NCBI GenBank assembly: GCA_977020255.1
Contig: CDROCS010006248.1
Location: 1 to 64,000, forward strand
From: Obrimoposthia wandeli
Lineage: Eukaryota
DNA length: 64,000 nucleotides
Direction of reading: 5' to 3'
A program made the position numbers and the translations under genes. Shown in pieces: positions 48,979-58,085 of this stretch (its first letter is position 1; the number at the start of each line of letters is the position of its first letter). Below the pieces are notes generated by a model, which worked only from the letters and a program-made list of their open reading frames with translations, searched no databases and had not been told where the DNA came from.

Positions 48979-50019
48979 ATGGAGGATACATTGAATATAT
49001 TGGTAGTAGGACCTTCATGGGTGGGAGATATGGTGATGAGCCAATCATTGCTATTAAGGTTAAAAGAAGATCATCCAGATTGCACTATTGATGTGCTTGC
49101 GCCCGATTGGTGTCGACCAGTGCTGGAAAGAATGCCGCAAGTAAATCAGGCAATAGCGATGCCTGTCGGCCATGGATCTTTGCAGTGGAGTGTTAGAAAA
49201 AAGGTAGCAGAACAGTTGATGTTAAATGATTATGATCAAAGCATTGTGCTGCCGCATTCGTTAAAATCGGCTTTGATTCCTTGGATGGCTAAAATTGCTA
49301 AAAGGACTGGTTGGCGAGGCGAAATGCGCTATGGCTTAGTCAATGATATGAGAGTATTCGATAAGCAATTGTTTCCGTTAATGGTGCACCAATATATTGC
49401 ATTAGCACAACCTGAAACAAAATCTAGCGCTGAGTTAAAGCCACTTATCACTCCTTGTTTAACAGTAGATGAGCTACAACAACGTGCTATTTTGCAGCAG
49501 TTCTCTATTACCAGTACTGATAATTTAATTGCTTTTTGTCCTGGTGCTGAATTTGGGCCGGCTAAACGCTGGCCGCATTATCATTTTGCAACATTGGCAT
49601 CGATGCTGATTGAGCAAGGGCAAAAGATTGTTTGTTTAGGTTCCGCTAAAGATACGGCAGCCATTCAAGAAATAGAAAGTTTATTAAAAGATGATCAGCG
49701 CGCGCATTTTGTGGATGTATCGGGCAAAACAAGCCTGACTCAGGCAATTGATATTCTTGCTGCATCAAAAGCTGTTGTTTCAAATGACTCAGGGTTGATG
49801 CATATAGGCGCTGCGGTTAACGCACCAATGATCGCTCTTTATGGACCTACAAGTCCTAATTACACCCCGCCGCTAAGTGGTAATGCTGAAGTTATTCGCT
49901 TAATCGACGGTTATATTAAATTGCGTAAAGGGAATACGGAATTAGGCTACCATCAAAGTATGATCGATATTCAACCAGAAATGGTGTTTGAAAAACTTAA
50001 AGCTAAGGTGACTTTTTGA
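48979..50019 (+). CDS. waaF: Heptosyltransferase II
   Basis: GPSWVGDMVM, CPGAEFGPAKRWP and VSNDSGLMH. Confidence 0.95.
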   Translation: MEDTLNILVVGPSWVGDMVMSQSLLLRLKEDHPDCTIDVLAPDWCRPVLERMPQVNQAIAMPVGHGSLQWSVRKKVAEQLMLNDYDQSIVLPHSLKSALIPWMAKIAKRTGWRGEMRYGLVNDMRVFDKQLFPLMVHQYIALAQPETKSSAELKPLITPCLTVDELQQRAILQQFSITSTDNLIAFCPGAEFGPAKRWPHYHFATLASMLIEQGQKIVCLGSAKDTAAIQEIESLLKDDQRAHFVDVSGKTSLTQAIDILAASKAVVSNDSGLMHIGAAVNAPMIALYGPTSPNYTPPLSGNAEVIRLIDGYIKLRKGNTELGYHQSMIDIQPEMVFEKLKAKVTF

Positions 50020-51008
50020 GAGTATTAATAGTTAAAACCTCATCAATGGGAGATATTATTCATACACTTCCAGCCTTAACAGATGCAATGAATGCGATAG
50101 CAGGAATTAGATTTGATTGGGTAGTAGAAGAAGGTTTTAAAGAAATACCGCATTGGCACAGTACTGTTGATAAAGTGATTCCGATAGCTTTGAGGCGTTG
50201 GCGAAAATCGCCATTAGATGCTTGGCGAAGCGGTGAGTGGAGAACCTTTAAAAACAACCTTCAAGAACGTGAATACGATGCTATTATCGATGCTCAAGGT
50301 CTCTTGAAAAGCGCATTGATGGTGGTTAAGCATGCATATGGTCCGAGTTATGGCTTAGACAAAAATAGTGCAAAAGAGCCATTTGCCAGCCGTTTTTATG
50401 AGCACCGCATTAGCATTGAAAAGAAGCAGCACGCAGTAGAAAGAATCAGACAGTTATTTGCGCAATCTTTAGGCTATACCTTATCGAAAGAGCAAGGAGA
50501 GTTTTCAATAGTTGAGCATTTTGACAAAGTATCAGCAGATGAATACTTAGTGTTTAATCACAGCACAACACGTGATGATAAACATTATCCTGAAGCGTAT
50601 TGGCATCAATTACTAGAGCTAGCAACACACGATGGTTGGGTGGTTAAGCTGCCCTGGGGCAATGAGCAAGAAAAGCAGCGAGCAGAACGCTTGGCCGTTG
50701 ATAATCAAAAAATAGAAGTACTACCCAAACTAACGCTATGTGAAGTCGCGCAAGTAATAGCGAATGCAGCAGGATGTATTTCAGTTGATACCGGGCTATC
50801 GCATTTAAGTGCAGCGTTGAATCGACCAAACATCACATTGTTTGGGCCGACTGATCCGGGCTTGGTGGGAGGATATGGGCAGAATCAAATATCTATGTTG
50901 GCTAAAGATTACCCAAAAAGTGATAGCGAAGTAGAGCCAGCTGTTTTTCGATCTTTACAGCCTAGTTTGGTGTGGGAAAAATTTAGATTATTGGTTTTAA
51001 AGGATTAG
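50016..51008 (+). CDS. waaC: Heptosyltransferase I
   Basis: KTSSMGDIIHTLPAL, DAQGLLKSA, HAVERIRQLFA and VDTGLSHL. Confidence 0.95.
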   Translation: MRVLIVKTSSMGDIIHTLPALTDAMNAIAGIRFDWVVEEGFKEIPHWHSTVDKVIPIALRRWRKSPLDAWRSGEWRTFKNNLQEREYDAIIDAQGLLKSALMVVKHAYGPSYGLDKNSAKEPFASRFYEHRISIEKKQHAVERIRQLFAQSLGYTLSKEQGEFSIVEHFDKVSADEYLVFNHSTTRDDKHYPEAYWHQLLELATHDGWVVKLPWGNEQEKQRAERLAVDNQKIEVLPKLTLCEVAQVIANAAGCISVDTGLSHLSAALNRPNITLFGPTDPGLVGGYGQNQISMLAKDYPKSDSEVEPAVFRSLQPSLVWEKFRLLVLKD

Positions 51009-51015
51009 GAAATTT

Positions 51016-52281
51016 GTGTTGTTAAATATGTCGATTGAAAAAATAGCTAAGTATTATGTCAGCATCAGTGTTTTTTTGTTTTTAGCGTTAAGCGTAGCTT
51101 TTGACGGCAGTTACGGTATTACAGGGCCCATTATAGTATCAAGCTATTTCTTTTTGTTTTCCTCAAAAATACGAGCGAGAATAGCATTAACCAATATCGA
51201 AAAAGGGTTGTTATGGATGTTTATGGTTTATCTTGGTTCAGTATTGATCGAGATATTATTTCATCAAATACCTTTTCGAGTGATGGATTCTGAAGGGAAA
51301 CTTTTATTATTTACTCCTTTGATTTTTTTGTTAAATGCGGTGCGAATACACCACTTGGTGCTTATATTAGGTATTGCTGTGGGCTCAATAGGGTTGTTTT
51401 TACTAGCTGCTTATGAGAGATATTATTTGGGAGTGCCAAGGGTAGGGTCATTTTTAAACGCAATTCAATTCGGCAATATCGCCCTAAGTTTTGGCCTGTT
51501 ATCATTATCTTTGTCGATTACAAACCTTGCACCTGGGAGGTTTAATATACCTTTAAAAGTAATGTTGATCAGTAGCGGCTTGATGGCGGCTTTCGCTTCT
51601 GTATTAACAATGACAAGGGGAGGTATTACTTTTTTACCTTTAATTGTCGCTGCCGCTATTTGGTACTATAAAAAAGAGCTACTTAGTCATTATAAAAAAG
51701 TAATCCTTATTGTGTCGGTGTTAGCTGTGTGTGCTGTGCTTTGGTTACCTCAATCTACGACTATGTCTAGGATTCAAGCTGGAGTAACTAATACAGAGAA
51801 TTATTTTTCAAAGGGAAATGCCAATACATCGGTGGGGATAAGGCTGGAGCTTTGGAAGGCGGCTATTTTAGTGACAATGGAAAATCCATTGCTTGGTGCT
51901 GGTTATACTCAGTATGTTGCAAGAAAATCTGAATTAATTACAGCAGGGGTGATACAAAAATCTACTAAAAGATACCACAGTCCTCATAACGCCTACGTCT
52001 ATGCAAGTGCTAGAAGAGGAGTGGTTGGCTTTGCTATCTTTTGCGTGTTCTTGCTCTACCCGGTTTATGTTGGTCATAAAGAGGCAAATAAGAGCAGTGG
52101 GAATAAGAAGGCTGTGGGTGTGAGTTTGATTGTTTTTGGATTGTTTTTTATTTTTGCAAACTTAACTCAAGTTCTATTTGCTCACAACAGTGGCATGATT
52201 ATGTACACTGGTCTTTTGATTTCTCTAGTCTCTATTCTAAATTCAGTCAAACGAGAATCAGCGATACCCATCAAAGCATAA
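51016..52281 (+). CDS. waaL: O-antigen ligase family membrane protein
   Basis: Polytopic membrane protein with TMTRGG, RLELWK, NPLLGAG and HSPHNAY. Confidence 0.8.
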   Translation: MLLNMSIEKIAKYYVSISVFLFLALSVAFDGSYGITGPIIVSSYFFLFSSKIRARIALTNIEKGLLWMFMVYLGSVLIEILFHQIPFRVMDSEGKLLLFTPLIFLLNAVRIHHLVLILGIAVGSIGLFLLAAYERYYLGVPRVGSFLNAIQFGNIALSFGLLSLSLSITNLAPGRFNIPLKVMLISSGLMAAFASVLTMTRGGITFLPLIVAAAIWYYKKELLSHYKKVILIVSVLAVCAVLWLPQSTTMSRIQAGVTNTENYFSKGNANTSVGIRLELWKAAILVTMENPLLGAGYTQYVARKSELITAGVIQKSTKRYHSPHNAYVYASARRGVVGFAIFCVFLLYPVYVGHKEANKSSGNKKAVGVSLIVFGLFFIFANLTQVLFAHNSGMIMYTGLLISLVSILNSVKRESAIPIKA

Positions 52282-52282
52282 G

Positions 52283-53173
52283 CTATTTATACAGCTTATG
52301 CTTTCCGTCTGGCTGCGTTTTAAAACGCTTGTGCATCCACATATATTGATCAGGCTGCTTTCTTATAGCATGCTCAATAGCGTCGTTAATTGCTTGCGCT
52401 AAAGATTGTTTATCGTCGTTGGTATATTCGGGTATTTCGCTAAACTCCAAAATATACCCGCTGTTGTCAGGCTTCCTATAATGGGCAAGCATGAGTAAAG
52501 GCGACTGATTAAAGCGCACAAAATTTGAAGTAGCTGTAACAGTGGATGCTGTGTGATTAAAAAACGTAGCAAAGACACAGCCACTAGATTTTAAATCTTG
52601 ATCAGGTGCAAACCAAATGCATTGATTCTCTTTTAGTTTGCGCACTACTAATCGCATATTTTTACGCTCGATAGGCTGGCAGTATGTGGATCGACCTTCG
52701 AGTATTGCTTTATCAAGCGTAGGGTTGTTATGTTTTCTATATAATGTGTTTAAAGGAGCTTGGGTGTATGAAAATAATACCCCTCCTAAATCAAGAGTGC
52801 TAAAATGTGCGCCGAGTAAAATAACGCCTTTTTGTTGTTCTAGAGCCGTTGTAAGTAATTGCTGCCCGATTATTTCCACTTTGCCATCAAACATATCCCG
52901 ACTAGCGTAGTGAGCCCAAGCTGTTTCTACAATACCGATGCCATTGGCTATAAAAATATCTTTTATTAATTTTTGCTGTTGCTCAGAATTTAGTTCTGGG
53001 AAGCACAATTTTATGTTTACTTCTGTTACCTTGCGTCTATTTACCGCAATAACACGTATTAAATTACCGAGTGCAGCGCCTATGAAAACCCCCCATTTAA
53101 AAGGCAGTTTTGCAAGCGCACGAACGAGTAATAAGGTTAACATTGCAGAGTAATATTTTTTTTTAATATTCAC
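52283..53173 (-). CDS. lpxL: Lipid A late acyltransferase (LpxL/HtrB family)
   Basis: NIKLCFPEL, HFSTLD (HX4D), APDQD and QYMWMHKRFKT. Confidence 0.85.
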   Translation of the reverse strand: MNIKKKYYSAMLTLLLVRALAKLPFKWGVFIGAALGNLIRVIAVNRRKVTEVNIKLCFPELNSEQQQKLIKDIFIANGIGIVETAWAHYASRDMFDGKVEIIGQQLLTTALEQQKGVILLGAHFSTLDLGGVLFSYTQAPLNTLYRKHNNPTLDKAILEGRSTYCQPIERKNMRLVVRKLKENQCIWFAPDQDLKSSGCVFATFFNHTASTVTATSNFVRFNQSPLLMLAHYRKPDNSGYILEFSEIPEYTNDDKQSLAQAINDAIEHAIRKQPDQYMWMHKRFKTQPDGKHKLYK

Positions 53174-53367
53174 GATTGTTTACGGCTTTCTATAGATGAA
53201 TTCAGTTACAATAAAGCACATTATATTCAGTTGTATTAAAGGGTGCTATCTCCAAAAGCTCAAATACAAGAATAAGCTCCAGCTTAAAGTATATAGCGGA
53301 TTAAAATAGCTTGATAAAGTATTATCAATGCTTACATACAGTGTTTAGCGCAATACAGGTCATCAAA

Positions 53368-55107
53368 TTGAATTTAACTCCCTGGCAGATTTACAAAAGG
53401 CTTCTAAGTTATTTAGTGCCCTATTTAGGTTTCTTCTTTTTAAGCGTTTTTGGTTATGTGTTATACGCCTTAACCCAAACTGGTTTCGCGGTTTTGATGG
53501 AGAAAATTGTTTCTCAAATGGATAACCCATCAGAGAAAGCTTACTTATATCTTCCATTGGCGATTATGGGATTAACGCTAGCTAGAGGCATGGGAAGCTT
53601 TATTGGTACTTATTTTTTAGATCGAGTGGCTTTTAGTGTGGTGTTTGAGCTTCGAAAGCAGATTTTTTCATCGATTATGCTGCTACCTAGGCAAGAGTAT
53701 CTAAAATCAGATTCTGGCCAGTATTTAGCCATCCTCATTTATAATGTAGAGCAAGTGACGTCAGCTTGTACATCTGTAGTGCGCGCTATAGTACGTGAAG
53801 GTGCCACAGTTATTGGGTTGATCGGCTATTTAGTTTATTTGAACTGGCAGCTGTCATTACTCTTTTTTGCTGTGAGCCCTTTTATAGCCCTAGTGATAGG
53901 CGTGGCTTCTAAGCGTTTTAGAAAGCTTGCTAAAAAAATGCAAAGTTCTATTGCTGATATCACACATGCTGCAACAGAAAGCTTGCAAGGTATTGAAGTG
54001 GTGAAGTCTTTTGGCGGGCATGATGCTGAGCTAAAGCGTTTTAGTAAAGCGAGTGACGACTTTAAGCGCCAATCCTTAAAAATGACAGTAACAACAGCGC
54101 TAAACTCTCCAATAGTGCAATTTTTTGTATCTGTCGCAATGGCTCTGCTTATTTTTGCAGCACTTTATCCAGGCTTTATGGAACAAATGCCGGGTAGCGA
54201 ATTCGTGGCATTTTTGATTACTGCTGGATTAATTGCAAAACCGTTAAGAGCGCTAACAGAAATTAACGGGCCATTACAAAAAGGCATTGCAGCAGCAAAA
54301 AGCTTATTCGATGTGATTGATAATCCGCCAGAAATTGATAGTGGCAAGGTAGTAGTGGCTAGAGCGGCCGGCGAATTAGCGTTTGAAAACGTCAGTTTTA
54401 GCTATACCGATGAGCTAATACTTAAAAAAATTAACTTCAGCATGAAAGCTGGCGAAACCATCGCCTTAGTTGGGCGCTCTGGCAGTGGTAAAAGTACTTT
54501 GGCCAATTTGCTACCGCGTTTTTTTGATGTGTCAGCAGGATGTATTAAGCTTGATGGGGTGCCGCTTTGTGAATATCAGTTGCACAATTTACGAGAGCAA
54601 ATAGGTATTGTGAACCAGCAAGTCGTGCTGTTTGCAGGTACTATTAAGCATAATATTGCCTATGGTAGTTTGTGTGATAAAACAGAGGATGAAGTGGAAC
54701 AAGCGTTATCCATTGCAAATGCAACTGAGTTTGTAGAGAAGTTACCGCACGGCATACATACTAGATTAGGCGAGAAAGGATTAAGCTTGTCAGGTGGGCA
54801 AAGGCAGCGATTAGCAATTGCTAGAGCGGTGTTAAAAGATGCCCCAATATTGATATTAGATGAAGCAACCTCTTCTTTAGATAATCATTCAGAGCGTTAC
54901 ATACAGCAAGCGCTAGAACAGGTGATGAAAGGTAGAACAACTTTAGTCATCGCCCATCGCTTATCAACAGTGCAAAATGCGGATATGATTTTGGTCATGG
55001 ATAATGGCGAGATCGCTGAAAGAGGAACGCATCAGCAATTGTTAGGTCAAAATGGCCTATATGCTCAGTTATATCAGCAGGGCTTTGATGAAGAAAAAAA
55101 CAGTTAG
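53368..55107 (+). CDS. msbA: Lipid A flippase ABC transporter
   Basis: YNVEQV, GRSGSGKST, LSGGQRQR and ILDEATSSLD; located in the LPS locus. ORF is open from 53311. Confidence 0.92.
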   Translation: MNLTPWQIYKRLLSYLVPYLGFFFLSVFGYVLYALTQTGFAVLMEKIVSQMDNPSEKAYLYLPLAIMGLTLARGMGSFIGTYFLDRVAFSVVFELRKQIFSSIMLLPRQEYLKSDSGQYLAILIYNVEQVTSACTSVVRAIVREGATVIGLIGYLVYLNWQLSLLFFAVSPFIALVIGVASKRFRKLAKKMQSSIADITHAATESLQGIEVVKSFGGHDAELKRFSKASDDFKRQSLKMTVTTALNSPIVQFFVSVAMALLIFAALYPGFMEQMPGSEFVAFLITAGLIAKPLRALTEINGPLQKGIAAAKSLFDVIDNPPEIDSGKVVVARAAGELAFENVSFSYTDELILKKINFSMKAGETIALVGRSGSGKSTLANLLPRFFDVSAGCIKLDGVPLCEYQLHNLREQIGIVNQQVVLFAGTIKHNIAYGSLCDKTEDEVEQALSIANATEFVEKLPHGIHTRLGEKGLSLSGGQRQRLAIARAVLKDAPILILDEATSSLDNHSERYIQQALEQVMKGRTTLVIAHRLSTVQNADMILVMDNGEIAERGTHQQLLGQNGLYAQLYQQGFDEEKNS

Positions 55108-55212
55108 AGTAAGCGTCGCGTTGTGATTGGATGCCAATTAGCGATTGTTTCTTATGTAGTCATTAGATGAATTAGTATAGCGATTAAAGATAATATTTTA
55201 GGAGATAGGTTT

Positions 55213-56637
55213 GTGCTTGAATTAACAATGCCAGAATTTGATAAAACCCGCATATTAGTGGTGGGCGATGTTATGTTAGACCGATATTGGCATGGTGCTA
55301 CCGAGCGTATTTCACCAGAAGCTCCAGTACCTGTGATCAATGTTTCGCGCCAAGATGATAGACCCGGTGGAGCGGCCAACGTAGCGCTCAATACAGCGGC
55401 ATTAGGTGCGCAAACTTATTTGTTAGGCTTGGTAGGTAAAGATGAAGCCGCTCAAGTATTAGAGTCGAGATTGCAAGGTGCCGGTGTAGCTTGTGATTTT
55501 AATGTGACTGATAGTGAACCCACTATTATGAAACTGCGCGCCATTAGCCGTAATCAGCAGTTGATACGTATGGATTTTGAACAGCGTTTTAGTGAGAAGT
55601 ATTCACAGAGTATTTGCGAATCTGTTGCTAATCAAATAGAAAAAGTTGATGTGCTTATTTTGTCTGATTATGACAAAGGCACGTTAGCAAATTGCCAGCG
55701 TATTATCGAAATAGCCAAATCAGCAAATAAAATAGTGTTGGTTGATCCAAAAGGCAGTGATTTCAGACGCTATAGTGGAGCAGACTTACTCACGCCTAAT
55801 ATGTCTGAGTTTGAAGCGGTGGTTGGTAAGTGTCATACAGAAGATGATGTCATTGTACGTGGTACGGCTTTAATAAAAGAATTGAATTTAACATGTCTTC
55901 TAATCACGCGCAGTGAAAAAGGCATGACCTTATTGCAAAAGGATGGATCAGAAGCGCATTTTCCCGCAAGGTCACATGAGGTTTTTGACGTAACAGGCGC
56001 TGGTGATACAGTTATATCGACCTTAGCTGCAGCATTAGGGGCAGGTGAACAGATGCAACAAGCCGTCGCGATCGCTAATATGGCGGCAGGTATAGCGATT
56101 GGCAAGCTAGGAACGTATGCCATTAGTGGCCCAGAAATTCGTAAAGAAATATTGGCCACTAAGCGCAGCGCTAGAGGGGTTGTGAGCGAAGAGCAACTGA
56201 AAATAGCAGTAGAAGATGCACGTGCAGCGGGTGAAAAAATCGTTTTCACAAATGGTTGCTTTGATATATTACATGCTGGGCACGTTGGCTATTTAGAGCA
56301 AGCTAGGCAATTGGGACAGCGTTTGGTCGTTGCTATTAACTCAGATGCATCGGTTAAACGGTTAAAAGGTGATGGCCGTCCGATTAATAGTGAAGATAGG
56401 CGTATGATTGTGCTCTCTAGCTTAGAAGCTGTTGATTGGGTTGTATGTTTTGATAAGCCTACACCAGAGTATTTACTTGAACTAATACGCCCTGAAGTAT
56501 TGGTGAAAGGTGGAGATTACGGTATTGAAGGTGTTGTAGGTGGCGACTTTGTTCGCAGCTATGGCGGTGATGTGCAAGTATTATCGTTACTTGATAACTG
56601 CTCTACTACCGCGATTGTAGAAAAAATAAAGCAATAA
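55213..56637 (+). CDS. hldE: Bifunctional heptose-7-phosphate kinase / heptose-1-phosphate adenylyltransferase
   Basis: RISPEAPVPV, PGGAANVA, DVTGAGDT and TNGCFDILHAGHV. Confidence 0.97.
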   Translation: MLELTMPEFDKTRILVVGDVMLDRYWHGATERISPEAPVPVINVSRQDDRPGGAANVALNTAALGAQTYLLGLVGKDEAAQVLESRLQGAGVACDFNVTDSEPTIMKLRAISRNQQLIRMDFEQRFSEKYSQSICESVANQIEKVDVLILSDYDKGTLANCQRIIEIAKSANKIVLVDPKGSDFRRYSGADLLTPNMSEFEAVVGKCHTEDDVIVRGTALIKELNLTCLLITRSEKGMTLLQKDGSEAHFPARSHEVFDVTGAGDTVISTLAAALGAGEQMQQAVAIANMAAGIAIGKLGTYAISGPEIRKEILATKRSARGVVSEEQLKIAVEDARAAGEKIVFTNGCFDILHAGHVGYLEQARQLGQRLVVAINSDASVKRLKGDGRPINSEDRRMIVLSSLEAVDWVVCFDKPTPEYLLELIRPEVLVKGGDYGIEGVVGGDFVRSYGGDVQVLSLLDNCSTTAIVEKIKQ

Positions 56638-56725
56638 ACTATCATCGATAAATGATTAGATTTGTTCGTTAAAATTTTACAGTTCTCAATATCGGTTGCT
56701 TAAGTGATGAAAGAAAGGGGCGAAA

Positions 56726-57355
56726 ATGAGTAACCAGCATGAAAATCAATTAATATTGAATGAAGAGTTGTTGTTAGCGAAAGGAGGAGAGAGATATTGC
56801 TATCTTCATCCTCAAGATGAGTTAAAGGTCATAAAAATTTCAAAAACTACAACAAAAAGTAATCATCAAAATAAATTAGAATTTATATACCTTCAATATC
56901 TGGTAAAGCATAATCGGGACTTACAGCATCTCGCTAAATGTTATGGATACGTAGAAACCAACTTTGGTGAAGGTCTGGTTTTTGATCGCGCTTTGAATTT
57001 TGATCAAAGTCCAGCTCACTCTTTGCAATATATGATGCTTAATAAGACAATTGCGGTGGATGTACAAGAACAGTTAATAAATGAGCTAGTTGAGTATTTA
57101 GATAAGCAGCAAATACTTTTTGTTGATACCTGCTTGAGTAACGTTTTTTGTATTAAAAAGAACGCTAATGATTATAAGTTAATTATAGTAGATGGCTTAG
57201 GAGCGAAGCGGCTTAATTACAAGTACTGGCTTTATATTTATATTGGATTGTACCGAAGATATAAAATTTATAAGCAAGGATTAAAATTGAAGCGTTTTCA
57301 TAAATCTGATTTAGTAAAGATCGCCAATGGCAAAACAAGTTTTTCTAGAATGTAA
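56726..57355 (+). CDS. YrbL-family kinase-like protein (copy 1)
   Basis: GGERYCYLHP...IK, ETNFGEGLVF, DTCLSN and IIVDGLG. Confidence 0.8.
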   Translation: MSNQHENQLILNEELLLAKGGERYCYLHPQDELKVIKISKTTTKSNHQNKLEFIYLQYLVKHNRDLQHLAKCYGYVETNFGEGLVFDRALNFDQSPAHSLQYMMLNKTIAVDVQEQLINELVEYLDKQQILFVDTCLSNVFCIKKNANDYKLIIVDGLGAKRLNYKYWLYIYIGLYRRYKIYKQGLKLKRFHKSDLVKIANGKTSFSRM

Positions 57356-57411
57356 ACTATTCAGTCTCTGTTTTTTTAAGTTTTAGTAACGTAATCAATA
57401 AGATAACAATA

Positions 57412-57981
57412 ATGATAGAATTAAATGATAGCTTGTTACTTGGTGAAGGGAATGAAAGATATTGCTATCTTCATCCAAATGATCCACTTAAAGTAATAAA
57501 AATAGAAAAGAGTCATAAATCGAAGAAACAAAATAAAATTGACTCTATTTATTACCGTCACCTAGCACGCCAAAAAGTGGATTTTTCATCTATTAGTAAA
57601 TGCTATCAATGGGAAGACACTTCACTAGGAGAGGGCTTAGTATTCGAGAGAGTGACTAATTATGATCAATCTCCGGTGCTTTCTTTTGAGGAAGTGGTTG
57701 TCCAAAAGTTATTGTCTCAAGAGCAGCAAATAAAGCTAATGAAAGAGTTAGAGTTGTATCTTAGGAAAAACAACATTTTATTTATTGATGTCAGTCTATC
57801 GAATATTATTTGTAAGAAGGTCAGCGATAAAAAATGGTTGTTAGTGATTATTGATGGGCTAGGGGCAAGACGTTTAAAGCTGAAGTTCTGGTTTCAAAGA
57901 AATATTAAAATATATGCTCAATATAAAGTTCGAAAACAGTGGAAAGTTTTCTTAGAAAATCATCGACAGCTCACCGTTTAG
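57412..57981 (+). CDS. YrbL-family kinase-like protein (copy 2)
   Basis: GNERYCYLHP...IK, DTSLGEGLVF, DVSLSN and VIIDGLG. Confidence 0.8.
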   Translation: MIELNDSLLLGEGNERYCYLHPNDPLKVIKIEKSHKSKKQNKIDSIYYRHLARQKVDFSSISKCYQWEDTSLGEGLVFERVTNYDQSPVLSFEEVVVQKLLSQEQQIKLMKELELYLRKNNILFIDVSLSNIICKKVSDKKWLLVIIDGLGARRLKLKFWFQRNIKIYAQYKVRKQWKVFLENHRQLTV

Positions 57982-58085
57982 TTTTCCTTTGATTCTCTGC
58001 TTAGCGTTATGTTACTGATGCGTTCAGTTGTTGCTATGATAATCTCTACAAATTACCAGTACTGAATAACCTATAGCGATCATTA

